Source: an uncultured virus (IMG/VR IMGVR_UViG_3300027732_000008) (Duplodnaviria > Heunggongvirae > Uroviricota > Caudoviricetes). From it: a stretch of DNA of 64,000 nucleotides. Every line of letters starts with the position of its first letter. The first letter of the stretch is position 1. The translations under genes and the position numbers were made by a program. This document shows, in pieces, positions 9,556 to 19,517 of the stretch. The notes beneath the pieces are model-generated. The model made no database searches and was not told where the DNA came from. It was given only the letters and a program-made list of their open reading frames with translations. Location: IMG/VR virus record IMGVR_UViG_3300027732_000008; one strand, 5' to 3'.

Positions 9556-10227
9556 TTATTGTAGTTTGTAGTACTGTTCAACTCGTTGCAACCAAAGATC
9601 GCTGTAATGTTTAAATTCTGCACCTTCGATGATGAATGTTTCGTATGCACCTTCTCTATCAGCCATAAACAGCACACCTTGTTGGATATCAGTGCCATGT
9701 ACTTCATTGTGTGCCAGTGCGTAGGCTGTAGTTTGGATAAAGTAATCCTGCATCCACTCGGGCTTTTTCATTTTCTTTGCTGTCTTATGGTCCATGATAC
9801 TGGGCTTGCCCTTGTACACGCCGCACAAGTCTGTGGTACCAGCATACAATCCAGGGTAGTAAAGACTTGCTTCCATGCCCCATACTTCATCAACACCTGG
9901 AAGTCCTTGATTGATGATCATGTCAGACATGCTACGAGCCAGCACATGGATAGGAGTACTACCTGGTGGACGCTCTATACCTTCAATGAAGTTTTCAACA
10001 TGCTTGTGAACCAGTGTGCCAAGCCCTGCACTTTCTGTACTGATGCGTTGAGCTTCTGCTTCGCCCACTCGCTTGCGCCATTCAATTAAGAATGTTTTGT
10101 CTGCGGTACCACTCAGGATTGTTGTTACACTAGGAACCCGAGAACCATCGGGGGTAGCATAAAGACGACTAGGACCATCGATCCTAGTTAATTTTTCGTA
10201 TTTGTATTTGGGATTAAAAGTTATCAT
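9556..10227 (-). CDS. PD-(D/E)XK exonuclease
   Basis: PSVTTIL, GTLVH, E..LY...YAGTTD, IMDHKT, Q..AY. Confidence 0.88.
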   Translation of the reverse strand: MITFNPKYKYEKLTRIDGPSRLYATPDGSRVPSVTTILSGTADKTFLIEWRKRVGEAEAQRISTESAGLGTLVHKHVENFIEGIERPPGSTPIHVLARSMSDMIINQGLPGVDEVWGMEASLYYPGLYAGTTDLCGVYKGKPSIMDHKTAKKMKKPEWMQDYFIQTTAYALAHNEVHGTDIQQGVLFMADREGAYETFIIEGAEFKHYSDLWLQRVEQYYKLQ

Positions 10228-10235
10228 TGTCGTTT

Positions 10236-10264
10236 AGTATAAACGAAACAACGACAGATGTCAA
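10236..10264 (-). promoter_or_regulatory. sigma70-type early promoter
   Basis: TTGACA-17-TATACT upstream of the exonuclease. Confidence 0.8.
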
Positions 10265-10272
10265 TGACTATT

Positions 10273-10764
10273 TTACCAGGCTCTGCAAGACCAATAACGG
10301 GCTTTCCATCTTGGTCCAGGATCGCTACAGTTGTGTCTTGCTCTAAAACTCTTACGACGAGCAGGATTGCTTTTCTTAATACGCATGTTAGGATCGCCAA
10401 AGTTTACCTTGACCACATTGCCCTTGTCATTGCGTACATATACCTTGCTTTTCTTAACATCGCCTGCCATTGGTTTGCCAAGTGCAACATCGCGGCCTTG
10501 GTATTCTGCTTCTTCAACCTTTTCGCAGGAACCAGATTCACCACGCTTCTTACCTGGAACTTTTTTATAACCAGTCCAACATTTGTCGTAGATTTTACTA
10601 TTGCCGTGTGCTTCAGTTAATGCTGTGTAACCAGTTTGACTAAATTCGTATATGTAACCATCTTCTGTTACGGCAACGATCTTACCTTCTACCACAGTAT
10701 CTGGATCTGTTTCAAATTCAACAATGTCACCAACGATGGGTTGTTCAAGTTCAACTATCTTCAT
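10273..10764 (-). CDS. hypothetical protein, likely internal head protein with basic C-terminal domain
   Basis: MKIVEL N-terminus; CWTGYKK and KVNFGDPNMRIKKSNPARRKSFRARHNC modules seen in T4-like phage hypotheticals. Confidence 0.65.
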   Translation of the reverse strand: MKIVELEQPIVGDIVEFETDPDTVVEGKIVAVTEDGYIYEFSQTGYTALTEAHGNSKIYDKCWTGYKKVPGKKRGESGSCEKVEEAEYQGRDVALGKPMAGDVKKSKVYVRNDKGNVVKVNFGDPNMRIKKSNPARRKSFRARHNCSDPGPRWKARYWSCRAW

Positions 10765-10773
10765 GGGTGTTAA

Positions 10774-11124
10774 TTACCAGCTGATGTACCACTGGAATGT
10801 GGCATTTGATACCAAATTGGTTTGTCTATCAATTGTGTATCCAAGGTCGCTGAAGTATTGAACAACCTTGTTCATTTGCAAAGTCTTTTGACGATCATCT
10901 CTATCGCCTTGCCATGTGTTGAAATATTCTGCGGCCACAGCATAACCAGGAGTACTTGCAGTTGGCTTGGCCATTGTGGTGGTAATGCCAAGTATCACTG
11001 ACATAGCACCATCTGAACTTGCTTCAATAATTGCTTCTTCGATATCTCGAATTTCTCGAATAACAATAATATCTTGTAAAGATTTAACTCTGGCCTCACC
11101 GGCAGTTAACATTATTCTACTCAT
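10774..11124 (-). CDS. hypothetical protein
   Basis: 116-aa ORF, coupled to neighbour. Confidence 0.6.
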   Translation of the reverse strand: MSRIMLTAGEARVKSLQDIIVIREIRDIEEAIIEASSDGAMSVILGITTTMAKPTASTPGYAVAAEYFNTWQGDRDDRQKTLQMNKVVQYFSDLGYTIDRQTNLVSNATFQWYISW

Positions 11125-11462
11125 AGTCCCAGTGCCTTTCTTGCTTGTCCAACTGCATCTTTGCTGACTTTTTCTTTGTCTTGTTTTACCTTGTCTTGGT
11201 TATCAGCAGTTGGCATGGTTGTTAACATAACTTGATCGTTATTGACATCGGCTACTAAGTTGTTGTTTTTTGCTTTGAAAGTAGAAATAAGCTGACGGAC
11301 TGCATCTACATTATTGGATGCATTATAGCCCATGCGACTTAAATCACTGGTCAACTGTTTCATGGGAATAGTCGTCAAGCCGTCGTTTTGACCTTTGATG
11401 ATCAACATCTTAACGGCGTTGGAAAATTCGTTATCGAAACTAGTTAGTTCAAGCAATATCAC
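11121..11462 (-). CDS. hypothetical protein
   Basis: 113-aa ORF overlapping neighbours. Confidence 0.6.
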   Translation of the reverse strand: MILLELTSFDNEFSNAVKMLIIKGQNDGLTTIPMKQLTSDLSRMGYNASNNVDAVRQLISTFKAKNNNLVADVNNDQVMLTTMPTADNQDKVKQDKEKVSKDAVGQARKALGL

Positions 11463-12066
11463 TCTTCATCTCCCTGCCAGTAGTTTCATCTTCTGGGCCA
11501 GTACTGCTTGGGTAGATTGGAGCTTCTTCTGCACCAGGCTCGGCGCCCATGGCATCCGCTGGTTGAATTTGTCCTGGATTGGTTAAACCTGTAATTGCGC
11601 TGTCTAACGAATCTTTTGTAGTTGTCAAAGTATCAATTGCTGTTTCTAACGCACCTTTAACATTTTGTGAATATTGTTCGCCTGCGCCATCGCCAAATCG
11701 TTGTTTCATTTGGTCAACCAAGGTAATCATATCACTGCCAAGCATATCAGCTACATCTTCAATCATGTCTTGGAATTTCTTATTCATTGCTTTGGCGGCG
11801 ATAATGACTTCGGCTTGTTCAATGCCTTCTTCATCTAAATCAGCTTCAAGCAATGCACTTTCATAGACTTCTTTGTGTAAAATAGCGCGAGCATACTCAG
11901 CGCCGCCTTTACTTGAAAGAATGTCGATTTCTTCACGCACACGCTGTAATTCTTTGTGTAATTTATAACCCGAAAGATTCTCGTCGATGACAATGCTTTC
12001 TTTAAGCAATGCTTCACGAGCCGCGTTTGCTGGCGTTTTTGTTAATGTAATGTCATTAAATTTCAT
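11449..12066 (-). CDS. hypothetical acidic helical protein (putative prohead core/internal protein)
   Basis: 205 aa; TAAATA (12084-12089) and GGAG SD; LKE/LLE/LDE sites. Confidence 0.6.
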   Translation of the reverse strand: MKFNDITLTKTPANAAREALLKESIVIDENLSGYKLHKELQRVREEIDILSSKGGAEYARAILHKEVYESALLEADLDEEGIEQAEVIIAAKAMNKKFQDMIEDVADMLGSDMITLVDQMKQRFGDGAGEQYSQNVKGALETAIDTLTTTKDSLDSAITGLTNPGQIQPADAMGAEPGAEEAPIYPSSTGPEDETTGREMKSDIA

Positions 12067-12116
12067 ATTGTTCTCCGATGTGCTATTTAGTGTCTTTTAG
12101 TTTTAATCGTAACCAC

Positions 12117-12410
12117 TTATTTTGGCAAGTGTAAAACAACATATCCTAACATTCCAATTAACGCAACAATAACTGTGGCAGTTGCAGTCACCATAGTTTT
12201 AAATTTTTCGTCTTTTGCACTACTCAGCATGTTTTTAATTTCACTTAAATTTTTAGAATTTTCACCCTTAAAACTAGTAAAGTCGCCGTGCAAATGACCC
12301 AATCGTTCTTCAACCAAATCAAACTTTTCTTCTAAACGCTTGTAGCGTTCTGCACATAATTCCACATGCATTTCCAAGCTTGTTGACTCAGTAATTTTAC
12401 TGTCACTCAT
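12117..12410 (-). CDS. coiled-coil protein with C-terminal transmembrane helix (holin/XhlA-like architecture)
   Basis: Heptad region followed by TMVTATATVIVALIGMLGYVVL. Confidence 0.55.
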   Translation of the reverse strand: MSDSKITESTSLEMHVELCAERYKRLEEKFDLVEERLGHLHGDFTSFKGENSKNLSEIKNMLSSAKDEKFKTMVTATATVIVALIGMLGYVVLHLPK

Positions 12411-12531
12411 AAACTTATATTACCCAATATTAAACCACACCCAAGTTCATACTTGAGGTGAATCAGAATACAATGAGCCAGGATGAGTTGTGTTAATACG
12501 GGTTGTTTATATTAGTGATATTTAGCCGATC

Positions 12532-12948
12532 TTAGAAAGAATCGTGCCGAATAAAAAAGGTGTTTGTGTCGGGACCTTGTGTTAAAACTTGGCCATCTAT
12601 GTTGGCTGTTTCTTCTAAACCAAGTTCCAAAGCAACATTGTTGAATTCTTTAGATAAGGAATCTTCACTCATCAAACCTTGACGATCTGCAATCCACTTC
12701 AAGCACCAAACATTATGATTACCTGTATGATTTTCACCAAACATGCCACCGGCCAGGTCTTGATCCAACAGTTGTTCAACACCAGCAATTAACGGTTGAC
12801 CATGTCCACTTATCAATGCAAAGAACTTGCTTAAATTTCGTGCACCGCCTTTGTCGTTTGGACTTATGTCAAACAATGTCCAAGCTGTAAAAAAGTCAGG
12901 GTCTGCACCAATTGAAGATCCGGGAATCATCCACGAATTTCTTGACAT
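12532..12948 (-). CDS. hypothetical protein
   Basis: 138-aa ORF with AAGGA SD. Confidence 0.6.
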   Translation of the reverse strand: MSRNSWMIPGSSIGADPDFFTAWTLFDISPNDKGGARNLSKFFALISGHGQPLIAGVEQLLDQDLAGGMFGENHTGNHNVWCLKWIADRQGLMSEDSLSKEFNNVALELGLEETANIDGQVLTQGPDTNTFFIRHDSF

Positions 12949-12956
12949 ATGATTCC

Positions 12957-13730
12957 TTACTTGTTATGCACTGGACCGCTGAGTGCTCGTTGTGCAACAT
13001 GGCCAGCCAAGGCTCCTGCGGCCACAGCGGCTAAACTACTTAAAAATCCATTGCCTGAACTTGATCCAACAATTGCACCTGCTCCAACATCACGCAACTC
13101 GGCATTGCCTGCGTCTGTGAGTTCCCAGCCTTTATTTTGTGACAATGTGGTCAGTACTGGAAACAATTCGCTTCTACGGCCGCGAACTCTGTAATACTGT
13201 AATAGCCTAGTTATGCATAGCTGTTTTTGGTATGTACTGATTTTATCCCAATCAGTGACCAGTCTACGCAGACTTTTATAGTTGCTGATGTTGATGCCAA
13301 GCTGACTTTCAATCCTATACATCAAACGAATAGCAGTGATAGAACTCATGCCAGATGTAATTCCACGCAAGAAATCTTTGAACATTTTTTGTTGTGGATG
13401 TATCTTAGACGCAAGGATTGCATTTTGTGTTTCTGCATTTAGTTTCAAAGCAGTTTCGCCATGTGGATTCAAAACAATATGAATGCCTTGATACAAGTCT
13501 GTGCCGCCAACTCGTGCCACTTGAAAATTACCAAACATTCCTGTTTTATTAGCATAGGTCTGTGCAAAGCCAGCAGTTTCAAATTCCTTACTCAAAAGGT
13601 ACAAAGTAATCATGTTTAAAAATACGCTGTCAGCAGTATCTCTTAGAGTCATTTGCTCCAAGTATGCGTTACGAAACATTTTACTTTCGTTACAATTTTC
13701 TCTAATGAAACTAAAGCTGTTGTCTTCCAT
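12957..13730 (-). CDS. hypothetical protein
   Basis: 257-aa ORF with GAGG SD; Gly/Ala hydrophobic C-terminal tail. Confidence 0.6.
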   Translation of the reverse strand: MEDNSFSFIRENCNESKMFRNAYLEQMTLRDTADSVFLNMITLYLLSKEFETAGFAQTYANKTGMFGNFQVARVGGTDLYQGIHIVLNPHGETALKLNAETQNAILASKIHPQQKMFKDFLRGITSGMSSITAIRLMYRIESQLGINISNYKSLRRLVTDWDKISTYQKQLCITRLLQYYRVRGRRSELFPVLTTLSQNKGWELTDAGNAELRDVGAGAIVGSSSGNGFLSSLAAVAAGALAGHVAQRALSGPVHNK

Positions 13731-13731
13731 A

Positions 13732-14886
13732 TTATTCCTCTTTCATAAACAGTGGTCTGTTTACAAATTTAATTTTACCATGTGGTGTGTCTGACACAAA
13801 TCCTTCGTGACCAGTTTCGCCGTTTATATCTGCCATAACATCACTACCAGGATGAGAATCCAATTGACCCTTCATATGCATTTTCAATGCTACCAGTGCA
13901 TTTACCAATTTCCACATTGTTTTGTAAGCAGGTTGATTGCCTTCAATGTGTGCAATGACATTTTGTCTTTTGTTTTCTGTCAACTTACTTAGTGCTGGAT
14001 CATTTACCCAATTGATAAACTCCTGCGCGGCGCCTGTCAGGTCCATGTCGCCTTTTCTTGCCTTGTAATTCAAGTAGCTCTTGCATAAGTCACCAAGATT
14101 GCTAATCTTCAATGATCCAATGGTATACGGATCAAGGAACTTTTCAATTGGCTTGCCTTTGGCAATCAAACCAGCCACTGCCTGCACATAACTGTCATCT
14201 AATGCATGTGTGGTGCCTTGTTCAATTTTCATTTCTGGGTTTAAAATTAACAACTTGGCTGTGGGTGTTAATCCAAGAGATTTTACCGATTCAATTGCTC
14301 TAGGTTCTTCGTCTGTGCGGCTTTCAAATATGCTATGCACAACAACGCCTGCGGTGCTGAGTTTAATAGTGTCGCCAAGGTTGCTGTCTTTTGGAATACG
14401 ATATCTGACCTTGTTGGGTTTGAATACAAAATTACCTTCATCGTCCAAAGGCGGGCGATTCATCCACATTACATCGCCTTGGATGTAACCTTGAAACTTT
14501 TTAGGAACTGCCTTTTCAAGCATGGGATACAACTTGGCAAGATGGCCGGCGTAGTCTAACCGACCTGGCTCATCTGGCTTGCGATTATAAATCATATCTC
14601 TAAACATTGATTGACTACGAGCCATGCCATCATACTTCTTTGCACCAAATCCAGCCTTGTCAGTGAATACAAATCCACCTTCGTCGCGGCCAAATATAAT
14701 TGCTGGCGTGCCATCCCACTTTACTGATGTGCTGATTGGATTGCCTGCGGCATGTGTGATTGCATCAAGTGCTCGCTGTGCCCCAGCAAGCCCTTCATCA
14801 AAGATAATATCTTCAGGATGGTCAATACGGGCCTTGGCCTCAGACAGCATACGCTTACCATTGATTGCTATTTCAAATATTTTCAT
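13732..14886 (-). CDS. ligase/capping-superfamily nucleotidyltransferase-like protein (DUF6267-like)
   Basis: SVKWDG (motif I), QGD (III), HEGFV (IV), KIKFV (V); MKIFEI...LSE N-terminus. Confidence 0.6.
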   Translation of the reverse strand: MKIFEIAINGKRMLSEAKARIDHPEDIIFDEGLAGAQRALDAITHAAGNPISTSVKWDGTPAIIFGRDEGGFVFTDKAGFGAKKYDGMARSQSMFRDMIYNRKPDEPGRLDYAGHLAKLYPMLEKAVPKKFQGYIQGDVMWMNRPPLDDEGNFVFKPNKVRYRIPKDSNLGDTIKLSTAGVVVHSIFESRTDEEPRAIESVKSLGLTPTAKLLILNPEMKIEQGTTHALDDSYVQAVAGLIAKGKPIEKFLDPYTIGSLKISNLGDLCKSYLNYKARKGDMDLTGAAQEFINWVNDPALSKLTENKRQNVIAHIEGNQPAYKTMWKLVNALVALKMHMKGQLDSHPGSDVMADINGETGHEGFVSDTPHGKIKFVNRPLFMKEE

Positions 14887-16094
14887 GGTGTTGGGTTTGC
14901 CTTCAAGTACTCTGTTCTTGCTCTGTCAGATTCTGCATAGCCTCTGGCAATAAAGTCCTCGTTAGATTCGCCTGCGTTTTTTCTAAGAGCACTACGAGCC
15001 GCGTCTCCTGCTTCGTCTGCCTTTTTAAAGGTATCCTCAACTTCAGGTGGTGTGGTTGTTGGTGCGTCTCCTGGTTTCCCGCCAGTAAGATTTAAATTAT
15101 CCAATGAAGTCATAATTTTTTGGCCCCAAGGCTGTACCAATTGTTTCCAAGAACGATCAGCGGATCCAGTTGCTTGTGCTTCTAGTGCGGCAGAACTTAA
15201 AAATGCTTTTGTTAAATTTGTAATTTGTAAGTTCAATTTCCTGGCCGCATCCTTTACTACTGCAACATCTACATTGATATCATGCCCACCCAATGCAGTT
15301 TCAATCTGTGCCAGGCTGACCAATTTTGGGCTGACTCCAGCGGCTTGTATTTCCTCCACTGACTTGTCAGTAAATTCCAGTAACTCGTTGACCAGGTTTG
15401 CAACCAAGTTTTCTAAGTTGTCTTTGTATTGTGGCGTTGGTTTCAATGACCGTAGCACAGGCGATGTTGGGTTTACCAATGTGGTGATAATTTGCTCGCC
15501 GCTGTTGTTGAACTTACTCAACAGCGTTGGATCTATTTTAAAACCAGCGCCTGGATTATCTTCGGCCTGAGTTGAAATATAAACCAATGCGGCCGCCACA
15601 ATCATACCAACCGTTTTAATTGTTACATTGATATCATTTGCAAATGTTATTTCTGGAGTGCCTGATTGAATTGCATTGTACACTTGTGTCACTATATCAT
15701 CACCAGCGGCATCACCATTCAGCACAATTTTTAAAAGCTCATTTCCTTTGCTTGAAATAGTTGCTTTAATTTGCGCTGGATTGAACTTGGCACCTTCTTC
15801 GCCGTTGGCAATGTTACCGGCAACAGCCAGTGCTTGCTGGAAAATAAGTCCAATTGGTGTTGGTGCTGTTCCATTCTTGATGGCATTGATTTGATTGCCC
15901 AATCTGGTGAGTATTTTACTTCTGGCATTGTTGGCAATTTCGTCTGCTAATTTGTTTAGGTTGGGCGCTTGGCCCATCAAGCTTCGGACAATTCCAGTGG
16001 GGCCATCTCCGCCAGCCATGTCTTTGACCTTAGAAATTAAATTGTCTAAGAAGCCTTCTTTTAATTTTTGTCTTTGCAATTCACGAATTTTCAC
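14883..16094 (-). CDS. hypothetical protein, likely internal virion protein
   Basis: 403 aa; MKIREL...LKEG N-terminus. Confidence 0.55.
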   Translation of the reverse strand: MKIRELQRQKLKEGFLDNLISKVKDMAGGDGPTGIVRSLMGQAPNLNKLADEIANNARSKILTRLGNQINAIKNGTAPTPIGLIFQQALAVAGNIANGEEGAKFNPAQIKATISSKGNELLKIVLNGDAAGDDIVTQVYNAIQSGTPEITFANDINVTIKTVGMIVAAALVYISTQAEDNPGAGFKIDPTLLSKFNNSGEQIITTLVNPTSPVLRSLKPTPQYKDNLENLVANLVNELLEFTDKSVEEIQAAGVSPKLVSLAQIETALGGHDINVDVAVVKDAARKLNLQITNLTKAFLSSAALEAQATGSADRSWKQLVQPWGQKIMTSLDNLNLTGGKPGDAPTTTPPEVEDTFKKADEAGDAARSALRKNAGESNEDFIARGYAESDRARTEYLKANPTP

Positions 16095-16342
16095 AGTTCG
16101 TTTTCCTTTATTGAGCGTACACCGCGGGTAAATTTAGCAGGATCACCATTTTTGATGGCCAATTGCAATCGTCGAATTAACTCCTCAGACTGATGTTGAG
16201 GATAGTTTTGTTGTATTACTTCTACTAGATTAATTACACGGGCAATGGCCTGTACAGCTAGACCCTCAATTAGCAAGTGCTTGTCTTGCTTGGGTACTAG
16301 ACCGGTAATTTCATCTAATATACTACGAGTGTGTTTACGCAT
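16091..16342 (-). CDS. hypothetical protein
   Basis: MRKHTRSILDEI... 83 aa; true start ATG 16342 after TAAATA (16351-16356). Confidence 0.65.
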   Translation of the reverse strand: MRKHTRSILDEITGLVPKQDKHLLIEGLAVQAIARVINLVEVIQQNYPQHQSEELIRRLQLAIKNGDPAKFTRGVRSIKENEL

Positions 16343-16350
16343 GATTAAGT

Positions 16351-16365
16351 TATTTATGGTAAATA
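16351..16365. promoter_or_regulatory. back-to-back late-promoter-like TAAATA motifs
   Basis: tattta-tgg-taaata between divergent genes. Confidence 0.65.
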
Positions 16366-16389
16366 GAATTGAAATAGGAGATCTAAAAA

Positions 16390-16836
16390 GTGGAACTATC
16401 ACCCAGCGCACAGGAATTGCGTAACTTAGCCAACAAGCTAGAACAAATTTCCGAATACAATACACACAGCGATACTGGTGAACCTGACCACGACATATCC
16501 ACTGGTGACCTGTTGAGATTAAAAGTTGCACTTCGCCCGCTGGTTGATGGCAAAACAGCCAGCCGTTTCATGCAAATTTTGAACAAAATGGCAGACCAAC
16601 AGCCAGTTAGTACTGCTGAAGCAAAGACAATTACCTCTGCATTTACCAGTATGATTGATATTATTGCAAGTGACAATGGGCTAATGAATCGTTTAAAAAA
16701 TGACATTGCAAAATTCAACGCTGACAATGAGAAACAACTAGACAACGATCCAGATGAAACAGACGATCGATATGTTGGATTTGACATTGACGATGAAGAG
16801 CCAAAAGCCCCCAAAGACCCGTTTGAATTAAAGTAA
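16390..16836 (+). CDS. hypothetical protein
   Basis: 148 aa; AGGAG SD, GTG start; acidic C-terminus; abuts the helicase stop. Confidence 0.65.
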   Translation: MELSPSAQELRNLANKLEQISEYNTHSDTGEPDHDISTGDLLRLKVALRPLVDGKTASRFMQILNKMADQQPVSTAEAKTITSAFTSMIDIIASDNGLMNRLKNDIAKFNADNEKQLDNDPDETDDRYVGFDIDDEEPKAPKDPFELK

Positions 16837-18351
16837 TCAAGTTTCACGACTGACAATCGCTCGTAGTGCATCTCTATTGGCATTACTGGCAACTGGCACA
16901 GACGCAGGTGTCACTCTTCCATTTGCACCAGAATTATTTGGTGGAATATCCCAAGCATGTGTACCTCCCTGCGGCTTCTCTAAATCAAATCCTTCTTTGG
17001 CCTGTGGCTTTTCCCATTTGGTGGACAGCGTTGGTGTTACTGTTGTTCCTAAATTTGTCCTAGACTTGATCTTTTCATATACATCACTGGCTCTAGATGT
17101 ACTGGCACTATTGTCGCCAGCCATGTCTGTGATACGCAAGGTATCCGGATTAAAACTCAAATCAATCTTCTGTCCAACAGCACCGGAACTACGAGTTTTC
17201 ATAAATTGTATTTGTACCATACAACGCTCACGCATTGTTGGAGTACTGTAGATACCAAACACATTGTCAGCAGTTTGAATCTTACTTAAACCACCTGCAA
17301 TCATACTATGGTCAAACTCCACACTTTCAACTGCACTACGATTTAACTGTGACGCTGTTGCCAATAACAACTGCTCATTGACCACTAGGTTACGCAGTTC
17401 CTCTGCCACCAACTTGTCTTTGACAAACATGTCACTGACACTGATCTTTTGTCCAGCTGGCATCATCAAGTCAAGATAATCAACCAAGATTGCATCTACT
17501 TTAATCTTGCGCTGAGTTTGAAATTCTCTTACCCAGGCCAACAAGTCATTTGGAGTTACACCATTTGTCAACTGTACAATTTGTAGGATGCCAGCTTTCT
17601 TACCTGCCATACGCACTTTGAGATCCACATGTTCTAATTTCTTAAACACTTCTCTAGTGGGAGTGTCTGACAACATGGCATCCATACGCATGGCACATAA
17701 ACCCTCGCTGAGCTCCAAACTAAAGTAAACAGTATTCAATCCTGTCATTGCCCAGTTGAGTCCTAAGTTTTGCAAAAACAAACTCTTACCTGCACCTGAT
17801 GCTCCCGCAAAAATGTTTAACTCACCTCTGTTGAACCCGCCATACAGTTTATCGTCTAGTGATTTCCATCCGGTACTCAACTGTCCATTATTATCTTTCA
17901 GTGCTGTTAACCTGCCCTGTGGATCAGCAAAGTAGTCTGTACCAAATGTCTTTGGCAATCCAATTTGTACTGCATCTCTAATTAACTTTTCAACTGTGCC
18001 ATACATGCCCTTGTCGAGCATGTCAGCACTCTTAAGAATTGCACCTTCAATTGCCTTGTGTCTGCTGAAGCCTTCAAACTCGGTCAAGAACCAACTGCTG
18101 TGTTCTGTTGAGCGTTCTTCTAAGTTTTGTAACTCTGTATTTGTTGTTGCTTTTACTTGCACAACATCCGGAATGTTACCATGTTCGTTTACATAAGTCT
18201 TAATAAATTCTGCCGCGGCTCTGAGTCGTCTGTCAAAGTGTTCTGGATCCAGCACATTCTGACATCTTGCCGCCAAGTCTCTGTTGCTTACTAGAAACTC
18301 TAAGAACAGTTTCTGTAGCTCAAACCCATACTCTTTAATTTCATCTGCCAT
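16837..18351 (-). CDS. replicative DnaB-like helicase (T4 gp41-like)
   Basis: GASGAGKS Walker A, SLEL, VDYLDL, TASQLNR, KTRSS. Confidence 0.92.
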   Translation of the reverse strand: MADEIKEYGFELQKLFLEFLVSNRDLAARCQNVLDPEHFDRRLRAAAEFIKTYVNEHGNIPDVVQVKATTNTELQNLEERSTEHSSWFLTEFEGFSRHKAIEGAILKSADMLDKGMYGTVEKLIRDAVQIGLPKTFGTDYFADPQGRLTALKDNNGQLSTGWKSLDDKLYGGFNRGELNIFAGASGAGKSLFLQNLGLNWAMTGLNTVYFSLELSEGLCAMRMDAMLSDTPTREVFKKLEHVDLKVRMAGKKAGILQIVQLTNGVTPNDLLAWVREFQTQRKIKVDAILVDYLDLMMPAGQKISVSDMFVKDKLVAEELRNLVVNEQLLLATASQLNRSAVESVEFDHSMIAGGLSKIQTADNVFGIYSTPTMRERCMVQIQFMKTRSSGAVGQKIDLSFNPDTLRITDMAGDNSASTSRASDVYEKIKSRTNLGTTVTPTLSTKWEKPQAKEGFDLEKPQGGTHAWDIPPNNSGANGRVTPASVPVASNANRDALRAIVSRET

Positions 18352-18547
18352 ATTCATTCCCCCATCGCAATGCGGCTATCATTGCATTTTCTTTTTCTTC
18401 AAAATCAAATATCATATAATCTTCTGTTAGTTCTGTTTTATACTTGTCACCTGGAAGACCAAATTCTTCTATCATCCAAATACATGCCATGTTCCACCAG
18501 TCATCAGTGTCCTGATCCAGTTTCCAATTTATCTTTACTTTATACAC
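18341..18547 (-). CDS. small hypothetical protein
   Basis: 68 aa, coupled between primase and helicase; W..E.FG...F.F....A..A.LRW pattern. Confidence 0.6.
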   Translation of the reverse strand: MYKVKINWKLDQDTDDWWNMACIWMIEEFGLPGDKYKTELTEDYMIFDFEEKENAMIAALRWGNEYGR

Positions 18548-19508
18548 ACCATCGCCTACATAGTAATTTAATCTTCAATGGCGAGCTCTCAATCGCCGAT
18601 AACACGCTTTGTACCACAGCAACTCTTCCAAACCTCTGAGCGGCTTCGTTTGCGTCTTTGATACCATCTGGCCATTCTGGAAAGCTGACACTCCAACCCA
18701 GTTCTGCCGCTTGCATTGCCAAGGTCATACCAGCACGATCTCTGTCTGGTAGCACAACTGGTTCGTTGTCAATGTCTTCAATGATCTTGGCCTGTTCTGG
18801 ACTAATACTATTGGTCATGATTGCAACGCCATCCAGTGTCAGTGCATCATACTCGCCTTCGGTTACAATTGTATACTTACGCAAATGGCTTTGTCTGTCT
18901 AGGTTGAATACAAAACTTGGTGGCCTGCTGGTAATCATCTTTGCAGTTTTTTTGTCTGGTACATCACCAATCCATCGGGCTGTATATCCAACTATCCTTC
19001 CGTTGCTGGTATAGGGTAGTATAACACGACTATCCATGCTTTGTAAAGGGCTTGTACTGGTATACCAGTCACTTAGTTCTAATACACCTCTACTGTCTAG
19101 ATACTCTGCGGCTTCAATGGTCAAGTCTCTAACTGTCCACGGCCAAGTTATTTCTGGCCAGTCTGGCTTCTTAAATGGTTCTTCAATTATGGTATCGTCT
19201 GCAACTACCTGATCCCATAGTTGTATTTTTAATCTTTGTATTTCGCCTTCGTCAATGCCCAGCACTCGCATCAACTTGATTAGTTTAAATCCCAATCGTT
19301 GACCTGGGCGCCAGCCAGTTGTATAACTGCAATTGAAACAATGATACCCTGCCCTATCATGTTCGAATTTGAAACCGCCCCTGTGTTTGGTGTCAGGTCT
19401 TGCTTGTCCATTCTGCACACACATAGGACAGTTCATGGTCAGCCAACCATTGGAACTTGATTTTAATGCAGGTAGGTGCGCCCGTAATGTGTTTTCAACT
19501 AGACTCAT
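18540..19508 (-). CDS. DNA primase (T4 gp61-like)
   Basis: CPMC...CFNC zinc finger; TOPRIM VTEGEYD and PDRD. Confidence 0.9.
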   Translation of the reverse strand: MSLVENTLRAHLPALKSSSNGWLTMNCPMCVQNGQARPDTKHRGGFKFEHDRAGYHCFNCSYTTGWRPGQRLGFKLIKLMRVLGIDEGEIQRLKIQLWDQVVADDTIIEEPFKKPDWPEITWPWTVRDLTIEAAEYLDSRGVLELSDWYTSTSPLQSMDSRVILPYTSNGRIVGYTARWIGDVPDKKTAKMITSRPPSFVFNLDRQSHLRKYTIVTEGEYDALTLDGVAIMTNSISPEQAKIIEDIDNEPVVLPDRDRAGMTLAMQAAELGWSVSFPEWPDGIKDANEAAQRFGRVAVVQSVLSAIESSPLKIKLLCRRWCV

Positions 19509-19517
19509 ATAGAGTTT

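Noticed and set aside
9556..10227. Cas4/CRISPR system
   Set aside because: No Fe-S cysteine cluster, other cas genes or array; ordinary phage PD-(D/E)XK exonuclease.
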